From NCBI GenBank assembly GCA_016931225.1, contig JAFGFE010000040.1, positions 67,149-131,148 on the forward strand: 64,000 nt of DNA, read 5' to 3'. Shown one piece after another: positions 56,230 through 64,000 of the stretch. Source of the DNA: Candidatus Zymogenaceae bacterium. GTDB lineage: Bacteria > Desulfobacterota > Zymogenia > Zymogenales > Zymogenaceae. The position numbers were made by a program, and so were the translations under genes. The notes under the pieces were generated by a model. That model saw only the letters and a list, made by a program, of their open reading frames with translations. It was not told the origin of the DNA and ran no database searches. Positions within the stretch are counted from its first letter, which is position 1, and the number at the start of each line of letters is the position of its first letter.

Positions 56230-57249
56230 ATGGCTGCCGATACGAAAAAGAAAAAGAGACAATTAGCCATTCTCACGATGATTGCGGTTATTTCTATCAG
56301 CACCTTCCTCTACATCAGTTTCAAACCTTCCGAAAAGGCGAAATCCTATGAGGAGTGCAAGAACCTGTTTGACACCGGGGACTTTACCGGATGTGTCACG
56401 TGCCTGGATAATTACATCCAGACAAACCCGGAATCACAGGCGTATCTCATGCGGGGAGACGCCAATGAAAAAATCAAAAACTACGAAGCGGCCCTCAATG
56501 ATTATACCGAGTTTCTCAATAAAAACAAGTCGAGCCACGAAGTGTACTTCAAGCGCGCCCTGGTATACGAGAAACTGGGGAGGTTGGACGAGGCGCAAAA
56601 TGATCTCAACATATCCTGTATGTACGAATACGCGAAGGCCTGTAATTACGAACTGGCCAAGAAAAGCGGCGGATCCGGTGGCAGCACGGTGACCGACGAA
56701 ACGGGACACTCCGCTACAGATTGGGTTACCGCCGCCGGCGATTATATTAAAGCCGAAAACTATTCGGATGCCGTCGTCGCCTTAAACGCCGCCCTCACCT
56801 TGGATCCAAACCAGACCGATGCGTATCTCTTCAGAGGTCTGAGCTTCAGCAATCTGGGACGCTATGACGAGGCCCTGGCAGACTACAACAAGGTGCTGAC
56901 GACAGACCCCAACAACCTGAAGGCCCTCAATAATCGTGGCGTCGTGTATTGGAAGCTGGAACGCTATGATGAGGCGATGAATGATTACAAGACGATCCTC
57001 TCACTCAATCCAAACGACTACATCGTACTGAATAATCGGGGAGTACTGAACTTTCAGATGGAAAACTTTGAAGCCGCACGAAAGGATTTCGACAGAGTCA
57101 TCAGCCTGAAACCGGACTTCGCCCCCGCCTATCTGAATCGAGGGGTTAATTTCAGCAAAATGAATGATACGACATCGGCTAAAAGGGATTTTACCAAGGC
57201 CTGTGAACTACAGCTTAAACTCGGATGTACCGAAGCGGACAAGCTGTAG
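56230..57249 (+). CDS. Membrane-anchored TPR-repeat protein.
   Basis: N-terminal TM 'LAILTMIAVISISTFLYI', followed by repeated 34-aa TPR-like units. Confidence 0.6.
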   Translation: MAADTKKKKRQLAILTMIAVISISTFLYISFKPSEKAKSYEECKNLFDTGDFTGCVTCLDNYIQTNPESQAYLMRGDANEKIKNYEAALNDYTEFLNKNKSSHEVYFKRALVYEKLGRLDEAQNDLNISCMYEYAKACNYELAKKSGGSGGSTVTDETGHSATDWVTAAGDYIKAENYSDAVVALNAALTLDPNQTDAYLFRGLSFSNLGRYDEALADYNKVLTTDPNNLKALNNRGVVYWKLERYDEAMNDYKTILSLNPNDYIVLNNRGVLNFQMENFEAARKDFDRVISLKPDFAPAYLNRGVNFSKMNDTTSAKRDFTKACELQLKLGCTEADKL

Positions 57250-57565
57250 GACGTGCGACGATAGAGAATTCCATACCGTTTTATCGGTCTATAGTCTATA
57301 TACAAATATATAATAAACGGCATCGACCTCGGACGCCGTTTTCAATTTCATCCTGTGTGTAAACACCGAACAATCACTGCATGTACTGCGTTGATGAACG
57401 CGGAGTAAAACGTCGCGGTTCAACTTCTCCCGAGAAAATGGAACACGGAAGACAGTGATAATACAAAAAACTTGATTCAATTTTGATTTATGTGGTATAT
57501 TTACTATCTTTCATGGGTTCTGAAGTACCCGATGGTACAGACGAAAGGAGGGGAGGTGAAAATAA

Positions 57566-57763
57566 TTGGAGGTTAAGGTTCACGACAATGATGTCGAGAA
57601 GGCTATAAAAGTCCTCAAGAATAAGCTTGCAAAAAGCGGTTTCTTCAAGGAGATGAAGGAGCGGCGCTATTACGAAAAACCGAGTATCAAGAAAAAAAGA
57701 AAACGGGCGGAAGCGAAAAAACGCGCCCTCAAGGCCATGCGCCGCAGGAAGCAGGACTATTAG
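57566..57763 (+). CDS. rpsU: 30S ribosomal protein S21.
   Basis: 'MEVKVHDNDVEKAIKVLKNKLAKSGFFKEMKERRYYEKPS...KRKRAEAKKRA' is the characteristic S21 sequence. Confidence 0.9.
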   Translation: MEVKVHDNDVEKAIKVLKNKLAKSGFFKEMKERRYYEKPSIKKKRKRAEAKKRALKAMRRRKQDY

Positions 57764-57791
57764 ACAAATTGAGGGACCCTCAATTTGTCTA
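57761..57791 (+). terminator. Perfect 15-bp-arm palindrome that includes the rpsU stop codon, a possible terminator or regulatory hairpin.
   Basis: tagacaaattgaggg-a-ccctcaatttgtcta. No T-run follows. Confidence 0.4.
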
Positions 57792-58111
57792 CCGTCATGT
57801 AAAAGCCATTGGCATCGCATATAGTAGAAAGATACACTGAACCAACACATCTTGTACCCGGCGTCCCAATCACGCCGGCCGAATCAAACATCGATATAAC
57901 AATTTCAAGCGGGGAGATATGACACATGTCTCCCCGTTTCCTTTTCATCATCCTCGCCCCCCTTTATTTTCTGTATCGGGAGACGCGCACGGCCCTCTGG
58001 CCCTTGCTTTTTTTTATTGAATATGATACACCTTTCTCCATTACGCGTTCGAATGAAACAAGCGCCGCCACCAACTGAATTCCAAATCCACCCTTTTCTC
58101 CGGAGGGATGT

Positions 58112-59623
58112 ATGCGGCTGGAAACAGCGCTGATCGCGCTTTTAGCCCTTCTCCTTATCTACCGTATTCTCAAGGGAACCGTAAAAAAACTCGCCCGGAA
58201 ACGCATCCGTCGCCAGAGTCTCAAGACGATTCGTCGGTTTCGTATTCGAATCGAGCGGTTCAAGCTGACGCGGAAGAAATACATCAAGTTTCAGATCCTC
58301 AAGGAACGGGAGATCTGGGAGGAGATGGATCGATACGCCAGAAGAAACCAGATTACCACCGAGGAGGCGATGGATCGGGTCGAGGAGTACATCGACGAGA
58401 TCGTCCCTTTCTTCAATATCTTATCCTACTACAAATTCGGATACGCAACGGCCCACTTCCTTCTGAATCTCATTTACAACGTTGTCATTGACGAAAAAAA
58501 TCTCAGTATGTTGAAACGGGTGCCGAAAAACAGCGTGGTCATTTACATCATGAACCACCGGAGCAATGCCGACTACCTCCTCGTGGCCTACATGCTCGCC
58601 GAGCACATCGCCCTCTCCTATGCCGTGGGGGAATGGGCGCGCATCTGGCCCCTCGAGTACATCTTCAAGAGCTTTGGTTCCTATTTCATTCGCCGAAAAT
58701 TTCGTGAACCACTGTACCATAAGGTGCTGGAAAAGTATGTTCAGCTCATCAGTAAAAACGGTATCACCCAGGGCATCTTCGTGGAAGGGGGGTTGAGCCG
58801 GGACGGGCGGCTCAGGGACGCGAAGGTGGGCCTGATGGATTATATCGTCAAGATCCTTCAGGATGATGATTTCACCCAGGATGTGATCTTCGTGCCGACG
58901 GCGATCAACTACGACCGGGTCCTGGAAGACCTCAACCTAGTGCGCGAGATACACGGCGCACCCCCGGAAAAAAAGGGAGTCAAAAAGCTTCTCTCCGGCG
59001 CGTCCATTATCGTCCAAATACCCCGGGTCATCATCAGAAACGGTTTTTACTACATATTCAAGGGGATTCGTAAATACGGGTATACATCGGTGGCCCTGGG
59101 ACGACCGATCTCCCTGAGACATTACCTTGAGGTGAGGGGCAGGGACATCTTCTCCCTGGAGGACAAGGAGAGAAAAAACGAGATAAAGCTCTTTGTGAAT
59201 ACCGTCATGAAGCGTGTGGGTGAGGTCATCCCCGTTACACCGGTGCCGCTGGTATCCCTGACGATACTCAAGGACGGACGAGTTGTGATACCCAGAACGG
59301 AGCTGCTCCACGGCATGAGAAAGGCCCTCAGCCACCTTGTCCAAAAGGACGCCCGCATCGTCCGCGGGGACGAATTTCTGGACATCGAAACGGAAAAGGC
59401 GCGCCTGAGGGCCGTGGCGCAGGACAGAACCCGGGAACTCCTGGATTTTGAACACAGCCTCATCGAAACCGAGGAGATGGACAGAACCCTCTCCCTGGCG
59501 CTGGAGGTGCTGTCGCTTCGGAATATCGCCTGGAAGAAAAAGGACGACATCGTCATAAATCCGAATCGGAAGGAGGTGCTCACCTATTACAGCAACTCCA
59601 TCATTCACCTTTTCGACGAGTGA
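58112..59623 (+). CDS. PlsB-like glycerol-3-phosphate acyltransferase (GPAT/DHAPAT family).
   Basis: Motif I 'IMNHRSNADYLL', motif III 'FVEGGLSRDGRL' and an N-terminal TM. Confidence 0.6.
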   Translation: MRLETALIALLALLLIYRILKGTVKKLARKRIRRQSLKTIRRFRIRIERFKLTRKKYIKFQILKEREIWEEMDRYARRNQITTEEAMDRVEEYIDEIVPFFNILSYYKFGYATAHFLLNLIYNVVIDEKNLSMLKRVPKNSVVIYIMNHRSNADYLLVAYMLAEHIALSYAVGEWARIWPLEYIFKSFGSYFIRRKFREPLYHKVLEKYVQLISKNGITQGIFVEGGLSRDGRLRDAKVGLMDYIVKILQDDDFTQDVIFVPTAINYDRVLEDLNLVREIHGAPPEKKGVKKLLSGASIIVQIPRVIIRNGFYYIFKGIRKYGYTSVALGRPISLRHYLEVRGRDIFSLEDKERKNEIKLFVNTVMKRVGEVIPVTPVPLVSLTILKDGRVVIPRTELLHGMRKALSHLVQKDARIVRGDEFLDIETEKARLRAVAQDRTRELLDFEHSLIETEEMDRTLSLALEVLSLRNIAWKKKDDIVINPNRKEVLTYYSNSIIHLFDE

Positions 59624-59734
59624 GGTCCGGTTGACGAGGAGATCCGGCGGCATGTAATACCGATCCGATCACACGGCACAGATCCCCTTTCCCCGGCACG
59701 GTAACCTTTCGAACAACACGGAGACACATGGAGC

Positions 59735-60364
59735 ATGATCATCTTCCTTGAAATTGCGAGCTTCGTCCTTACGGGCCTATTGATATTTCATAGCGTCAGG
59801 GTTCGCGGCGTCTCCTTTACCCTGCTGTTCTTCATCACAGGCGGGATTCTGGGCGTCCTGCGGGAAAATGCCGTTGCGATCCTTTCCAATCTCTATCAGT
59901 ACAATCCTGCAATGTTCACCCTCTGGATCGGACATGCCCCGATCATCCTCATGGTCTTCTGGTCGTTTACCGTCTATATTTCCATGTCCCTGTCCGAGCG
60001 GATGGTGTCCGGCGACCTCCCGAACGGCAGGCGGGTGGTTCCGGTCATCGGTCTCTCCATGGTGTGCATGGGGATATATGCCTGCTTCAACGAGGCGATG
60101 GCGTCGTCGTTTCCAATGATACTGTGGAAGTTCCACCCGGATATTACCGTCTGGGGAGACACGCCGATCATAGTGATCTTCGGATACGCGGGCCTCGCCG
60201 CGATCATGCTTACAATACTGTATCTGATACACCGGCGTCCCTGGAAAACGTGGGTAAAGGTCGCCTCTGGTGCGCTGTCCACGATTGTCATGGTCCCGTT
60301 ACACCTGGCATGGATCGCCCTGACGAGACTCATCATCCAGGTGCTGCACAGGGTCCCCGTATAA
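59735..60364 (+). CDS. Polytopic membrane protein, uncharacterized.
   Basis: A 209-aa hydrophobic ORF with weak RBS support. Confidence 0.4.
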   Translation: MIIFLEIASFVLTGLLIFHSVRVRGVSFTLLFFITGGILGVLRENAVAILSNLYQYNPAMFTLWIGHAPIILMVFWSFTVYISMSLSERMVSGDLPNGRRVVPVIGLSMVCMGIYACFNEAMASSFPMILWKFHPDITVWGDTPIIVIFGYAGLAAIMLTILYLIHRRPWKTWVKVASGALSTIVMVPLHLAWIALTRLIIQVLHRVPV

Positions 60365-60430
60365 AAAGAGACGCCGCTGCAATTTTCACACAGGCTTGAT
60401 GCGACTCGTCGTACCGACGGGAGGAAATAG

Positions 60431-61426
60431 ATGCCCGATATCATCTGCACAGGAGAGATGCTCATCGACTTCGTCGCCGCCGAAAAGGGATACGGCGTCG
60501 GCGACGCACCCGGATTCATCCCGACACCCGGCGGCGCGCCGGCGAACGTGGCGGTGGGGGCGGCGCTCCTGGGAGGATCCGTCGGATTTATTGGTAAGGT
60601 GGGGGACGACCCGTTCGGAAAAAAGCTTGTCCGGGTCCTGGAATCATACGGGGTGGACACGAGTGCGGTGAGTTTTGCAGAGTACGCCAGGACCATGCTC
60701 GCCTTTGTCAGTCTTACCGAAGAAGGAGACCGGGACTTCGTCTTCTATCGTCACCCCTCGGCGGACATGTTGATTGTGCCGGAAGACGTCCCGGACGGAT
60801 ATCTAGATGGTATCCGTATCTTCCATTTCGGCTCCATCAGCCTCATTGGAGAGCCGTCCCGAAGCACCACGCTCACCCTCGTCGAGAAGGCCCGGAATGC
60901 GGGAGCTCTCATCAGCTTCGATCCGAACATACGGATGTCCCTCTGGCCCGATGAAGACACCGCCCGGGAGACAATCATGATGGCGATCAAGCTTTCCCAC
61001 GTGACCAAGCTCTCCGGGGAGGAGGCGGAGTTGATCGCCCGGGATCCGAACCCGAAGCGGGCGGGGCGCATTATCGAGATGATGGGACCGGGACTGGTGG
61101 CGGTGACCCTGGCGGAAAAGGGGTGTGTCGCCGTGACCGCCCGGTACGGTGTGGAGGTGATGGGACACAAGATGAAGGTTGCGGACACCACCGGCGCGGG
61201 AGACGCCTTTACGGCGGCGATGCTGGTGAACCTGACGGAGATGGGGGACGATGTCCTCACAAACCCCGGTCTTTTGGGAGACCTGGAGTTGATTCGGATA
61301 TTTCAATTCGCCAACGCCGCCGGCGCCCTGACCACCACCGCCACCGGCGCCATTCCCGCCCTTCCCCGACGGGAAGAGATCGAGGCGTTTCTCCAGAGGG
61401 AACGCTCCCGGGCGCCGCTGCAATAA
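60431..61426 (+). CDS. PfkB-family carbohydrate kinase (fructokinase-like).
   Basis: 'GGAPANVAVGAALLGG', 'DTTGAGDAFTAA'. RBS gggagg. Confidence 0.85.
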   Translation: MPDIICTGEMLIDFVAAEKGYGVGDAPGFIPTPGGAPANVAVGAALLGGSVGFIGKVGDDPFGKKLVRVLESYGVDTSAVSFAEYARTMLAFVSLTEEGDRDFVFYRHPSADMLIVPEDVPDGYLDGIRIFHFGSISLIGEPSRSTTLTLVEKARNAGALISFDPNIRMSLWPDEDTARETIMMAIKLSHVTKLSGEEAELIARDPNPKRAGRIIEMMGPGLVAVTLAEKGCVAVTARYGVEVMGHKMKVADTTGAGDAFTAAMLVNLTEMGDDVLTNPGLLGDLELIRIFQFANAAGALTTTATGAIPALPRREEIEAFLQRERSRAPLQ

Positions 61427-61444
61427 CATTGAGAAAAAGAAGTG

Positions 61445-62782
61445 TTAGAAGAGCTTCGTCAGCCAGCGAAAGCCGAGGGCGAATATCCGTCTGGCGGGGG
61501 TGGTTGAGAGGGCTTTGCGGATGAGTGATAACAGGGGCAGAGACGGCACGTGATCAGGGCGGTATTCGATTTTCGTGACGTCCCCGATAAAAAACCGCGA
61601 TTGAAACAGGCTTTTGATATAAAAATACGTGATCTGTGCGATGATGTCCCAGGCCCGCTCCCGCTGCCGGGAAAGGTCGTCGTATCGGTATGCCCCCATC
61701 GCCATCGTCACCGGCTCCACCAGGTGATAAATTCCGAGACGGCTCCCGGTCAGCTCCCGGGCCGACCAGAGCAGGTACATGCAGCCGGTGCAGTAGGTGA
61801 CCAGTCCGTCTACCCCCGCGGCTTCCGCCTCGGCCAGCTTTCTCATGGCTCCCTTCATGATCTTGAAGGGAACCGACGCCTTCGGGATATCCGCCGCCCC
61901 CCTGCCGAATCCGCAGCACAGAGAATCGAACCGATTATGGGCCAGCTCCACCACCTCGGCGCCGGTATCGGCCAGAATCTCCCGCACGGCGTCAAAGAGG
62001 CTCTCCCCCGCCGCCTTCGCGTAGCAACTGTCGTGCACGGCGAGTCGCAGTGAAATCTTCTTCTGAAGCTCGATCCGTCCGGACCAGAGCTCATCGGAAA
62101 GCCAGTGGGTAAAGGAGAGGGGGGTGTCTTCGAGCTGGTAGTTTTCGGGGAACACCCGGGTCATGAGCTGTATCACCGCGTCAGTGAGGAGATACGGCGT
62201 CGTCTCGCCGGATGCCAGTTCGTCATAAAAGGGCCGCACCGCTTTTCCGATGTCCTGCACGACCTCGATGTATCCCGCCTGAGCCAGGTACGCGCCGCTT
62301 TCCCAGTGTTCGATGGGATCAAGCAATGTAAAGGAATCAAACAAGGGGGATTCGAAGATATGCGGAAACAGATGGGCGTAGTTCCCGATGATCAGGGGGC
62401 GTTTTCCGGGCGTGTCCAGATCGCGATGCCATCGGGAAAAAGCCCCCCTTTCTTTCGGCGACGCCAGGATATTCAGGGTCGTCCAGGCGTTTTGTTTCAT
62501 ATTGGGGCAGACATACCGATAGATGGGCGAGGCGCCCCGGCGCCGGTAGAGATCGTTGAAACGGCTCAATACCAGGTAGTAGGGACCGGCGTCGGTGGGG
62601 CAATAGGTATTGCATGAAAAACACGACGCGCAGCGTGCGAGCACCCGCCGGGCCAACGGACCATCGGTGCCGGCGATCAACTCGGTAACAGCGGTCCTGG
62701 CGTCCTCGTCCGAAAGGTCGAGTTCCGGACAGCGTGCCATGCACAGGCCGCATCCATTACAGCGCTGTTCAACAAATCGCAC
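61445..62782 (-). CDS. Fe-S oxidoreductase with 4Fe-4S ferredoxin motifs and CCG (cysteine-rich) domains (HdrD/GlpC/GlcF-like).
   Basis: 'CNGCGLCMARCP', 'CASCFSCNTYCP', a CCG-like 'LCCGFGRGAA' and further Cys clusters. GTG start with an AGGA RBS. Confidence 0.6.
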   Translation of the reverse strand: MRFVEQRCNGCGLCMARCPELDLSDEDARTAVTELIAGTDGPLARRVLARCASCFSCNTYCPTDAGPYYLVLSRFNDLYRRRGASPIYRYVCPNMKQNAWTTLNILASPKERGAFSRWHRDLDTPGKRPLIIGNYAHLFPHIFESPLFDSFTLLDPIEHWESGAYLAQAGYIEVVQDIGKAVRPFYDELASGETTPYLLTDAVIQLMTRVFPENYQLEDTPLSFTHWLSDELWSGRIELQKKISLRLAVHDSCYAKAAGESLFDAVREILADTGAEVVELAHNRFDSLCCGFGRGAADIPKASVPFKIMKGAMRKLAEAEAAGVDGLVTYCTGCMYLLWSARELTGSRLGIYHLVEPVTMAMGAYRYDDLSRQRERAWDIIAQITYFYIKSLFQSRFFIGDVTKIEYRPDHVPSLPLLSLIRKALSTTPARRIFALGFRWLTKLF

Positions 62783-62792
62783 GGTCGTCCTA

Positions 62793-63332
62793 TTACATCA
62801 TTTTATCAAGGCTTTCCCGATAGATATTCAGATCCCCTTCACTGAACAACACAAATCGAACCAGCTTGATCTCTGGATGATCGTTGATGTAATCAATGAC
62901 GGTCCTCAGCGCAACTCGTGACGCATCGCGGATCGGGTATCCATATGCGCCGGTGCTGATGGATGGGAAGGCGATGGATGTGATGCCCTCTTTCGAAGCG
63001 ATTTCAAGACTGGTGCGATAGGCACCGGCCAGAAGCGTCTCCTCACCCTTTGTCCCACCACGATAGACCGGTCCCACGGCATGGATTACGTATTTCGCCT
63101 TCAGTTTGCCTCCCGTGGTCAACACTGCGCCGCCCGTGGGGCATCCGCCGATCTTTCTGCATTCCGCCATGATCTCGGGACCACCCACGCTGTGGATGGC
63201 ACCATCGACTCCCCCCCCGCCCCGAAGGCCGGAATTAGCTGCGTTCACAATGGCGTCTGTGGTTTCCGTGGTGATATCTCCCTTTGCCAGCTCCAGAACG
63301 CTGGAGCCGATATTCATGCGTGTATCGGACAT
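62793..63332 (-). CDS. Macro domain protein (O-acetyl-ADP-ribose deacetylase, YmdB-like).
   Basis: 'DAIVNAANSGLRGGGGVDGAIH', 'KYVIHAVGP' and 'ISTGAYGYP' macro motifs. Confidence 0.85.
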   Translation of the reverse strand: MSDTRMNIGSSVLELAKGDITTETTDAIVNAANSGLRGGGGVDGAIHSVGGPEIMAECRKIGGCPTGGAVLTTGGKLKAKYVIHAVGPVYRGGTKGEETLLAGAYRTSLEIASKEGITSIAFPSISTGAYGYPIRDASRVALRTVIDYINDHPEIKLVRFVLFSEGDLNIYRESLDKMM

Positions 63333-63547
63333 AATGAATCAATTCTCCCAAAAAAACTCCATTTCCCCTGAGTGATTGGAGAATTATAGGAAAACATCGA
63401 TAAAATGGCAAGACAATTTACCCAAAAATTTTTCTTCCCTTTCATGACGATTGTCACCGTTACACACCGATCACATTGCGTTATTGACACGGGAAGCAAA
63501 ATTCTGCTATGATTTTATATATAGATATCACACTACGGAGATCACCC

Positions 63548-64000
63548 ATGAACACCGCAAAGAAAAGTCGTGTTATCCTCAGACGCTGCAACGCATATGA
63601 ACCCAGGCTGATATCCGGTATCATCTCGGAATCCCTCACCGACCTCGGATTCAAGCCCCACGGAAAAACCCTTATCAAGCCCAACGTCGTCAGCGCAAAC
63701 AAGGCCTACATCTTCGATTCCTACACCAATCCTGTGGTTGTGGGAAGCGCCGTCGACGTGGTACGGGACATGGGGGCGCGGGACGTGACCATCGGTGAGT
63801 CCGGCGGATACGGAATCCCGTCCCGGCTCTTCATGAGCGAGGCCGGATACTTCGACATGGCCAAAGAGAAACACGTTCGGCTGGTCGATTTCAACGAAGA
63901 GCCAACGGTGACGGTGCCCCTGAAAAAGGGTGTGTGGCACACCTCCATGCTGGCTGCCAGAAGCCTCGCTGAGGCGGAGTGTAAGATCTGGATGCCCAAG
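63548..64000 (+). CDS. DUF362-domain protein (3'-partial; it runs off the window end).
   Basis: 'ILRRCNAYEPRLISGII...IKPNVVSANKAYIFDSYTNPVVVGSAVDVV' resembles the N-terminus of DUF362 proteins. ggaga RBS. No stop before 64000. Confidence 0.5.
   Translation, partial: MNTAKKSRVILRRCNAYEPRLISGIISESLTDLGFKPHGKTLIKPNVVSANKAYIFDSYTNPVVVGSAVDVVRDMGARDVTIGESGGYGIPSRLFMSEAGYFDMAKEKHVRLVDFNEEPTVTVPLKKGVWHTSMLAARSLAEAECKIWMPK

Overview
This window is a bacterial chromosomal segment of about 58% GC. The gene content looks like an anaerobe: an HdrD-like CCG Fe-S protein, an AbfD/HpaB-family dehydratase, a URO-D-family protein, a sigma-54 activator, and a multi-PAS hybrid histidine kinase. It is densely coding on both strands. 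I saw no rRNA, tRNA or CRISPR array.

The most unusual content is at 5.8-13.8 kb. A cassette made of a roughly 550-aa outer-membrane beta-barrel protein followed by FecR-domain, signal-anchored periplasmic protein(s) is present twice in tandem. The downstream copy still carries a roughly 70-codon relic of the 3' end of the upstream M20 peptidase gene and a relic of that gene's terminator. This points to an old segmental duplication followed by divergence. One FecR-like paralogue is truncated, and a relic of its lost C-terminal domain lies just downstream. Another paralogue carries a 6 x 27-bp tandem repeat.

A second rearranged region lies at 32.0-38.8 kb. A roughly 6.4-kb segment is flanked by copies of a short intergenic module. 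The segment holds an acyl-CoA ligase, an IS481-like transposase relic, and a PadR regulator upstream of an AbfD-family dehydratase and a second acyl-CoA ligase. Scrambled fragments of a nearby retropepsin-like gene and a 3'-end relic of a GH114-like gene are also present.

The 5' edge carries an AT-rich, probably horizontally acquired PH-like/HNH endonuclease gene that is truncated by the window start.

The rest is ordinary metabolism and housekeeping. One cluster, possibly a sigma-54-controlled catabolic unit, contains the M20 peptidase, two membrane proteins, the sigma-54 activator, the URO-D-like protein, an APC permease, an aldehyde dehydrogenase, two Zn-dependent alcohol dehydrogenases and a V4R-domain protein. 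A second group holds a Tat-exported sulfatase, a GPH transporter and an M28 peptidase. Other genes include acyl-CoA dehydrogenase, YidD, ugd-uxs (the UDP-xylose branch), an orphan type-IV-pilin-like gene, rpsU, a PlsB-like acyltransferase, fructokinase and a macro-domain protein.
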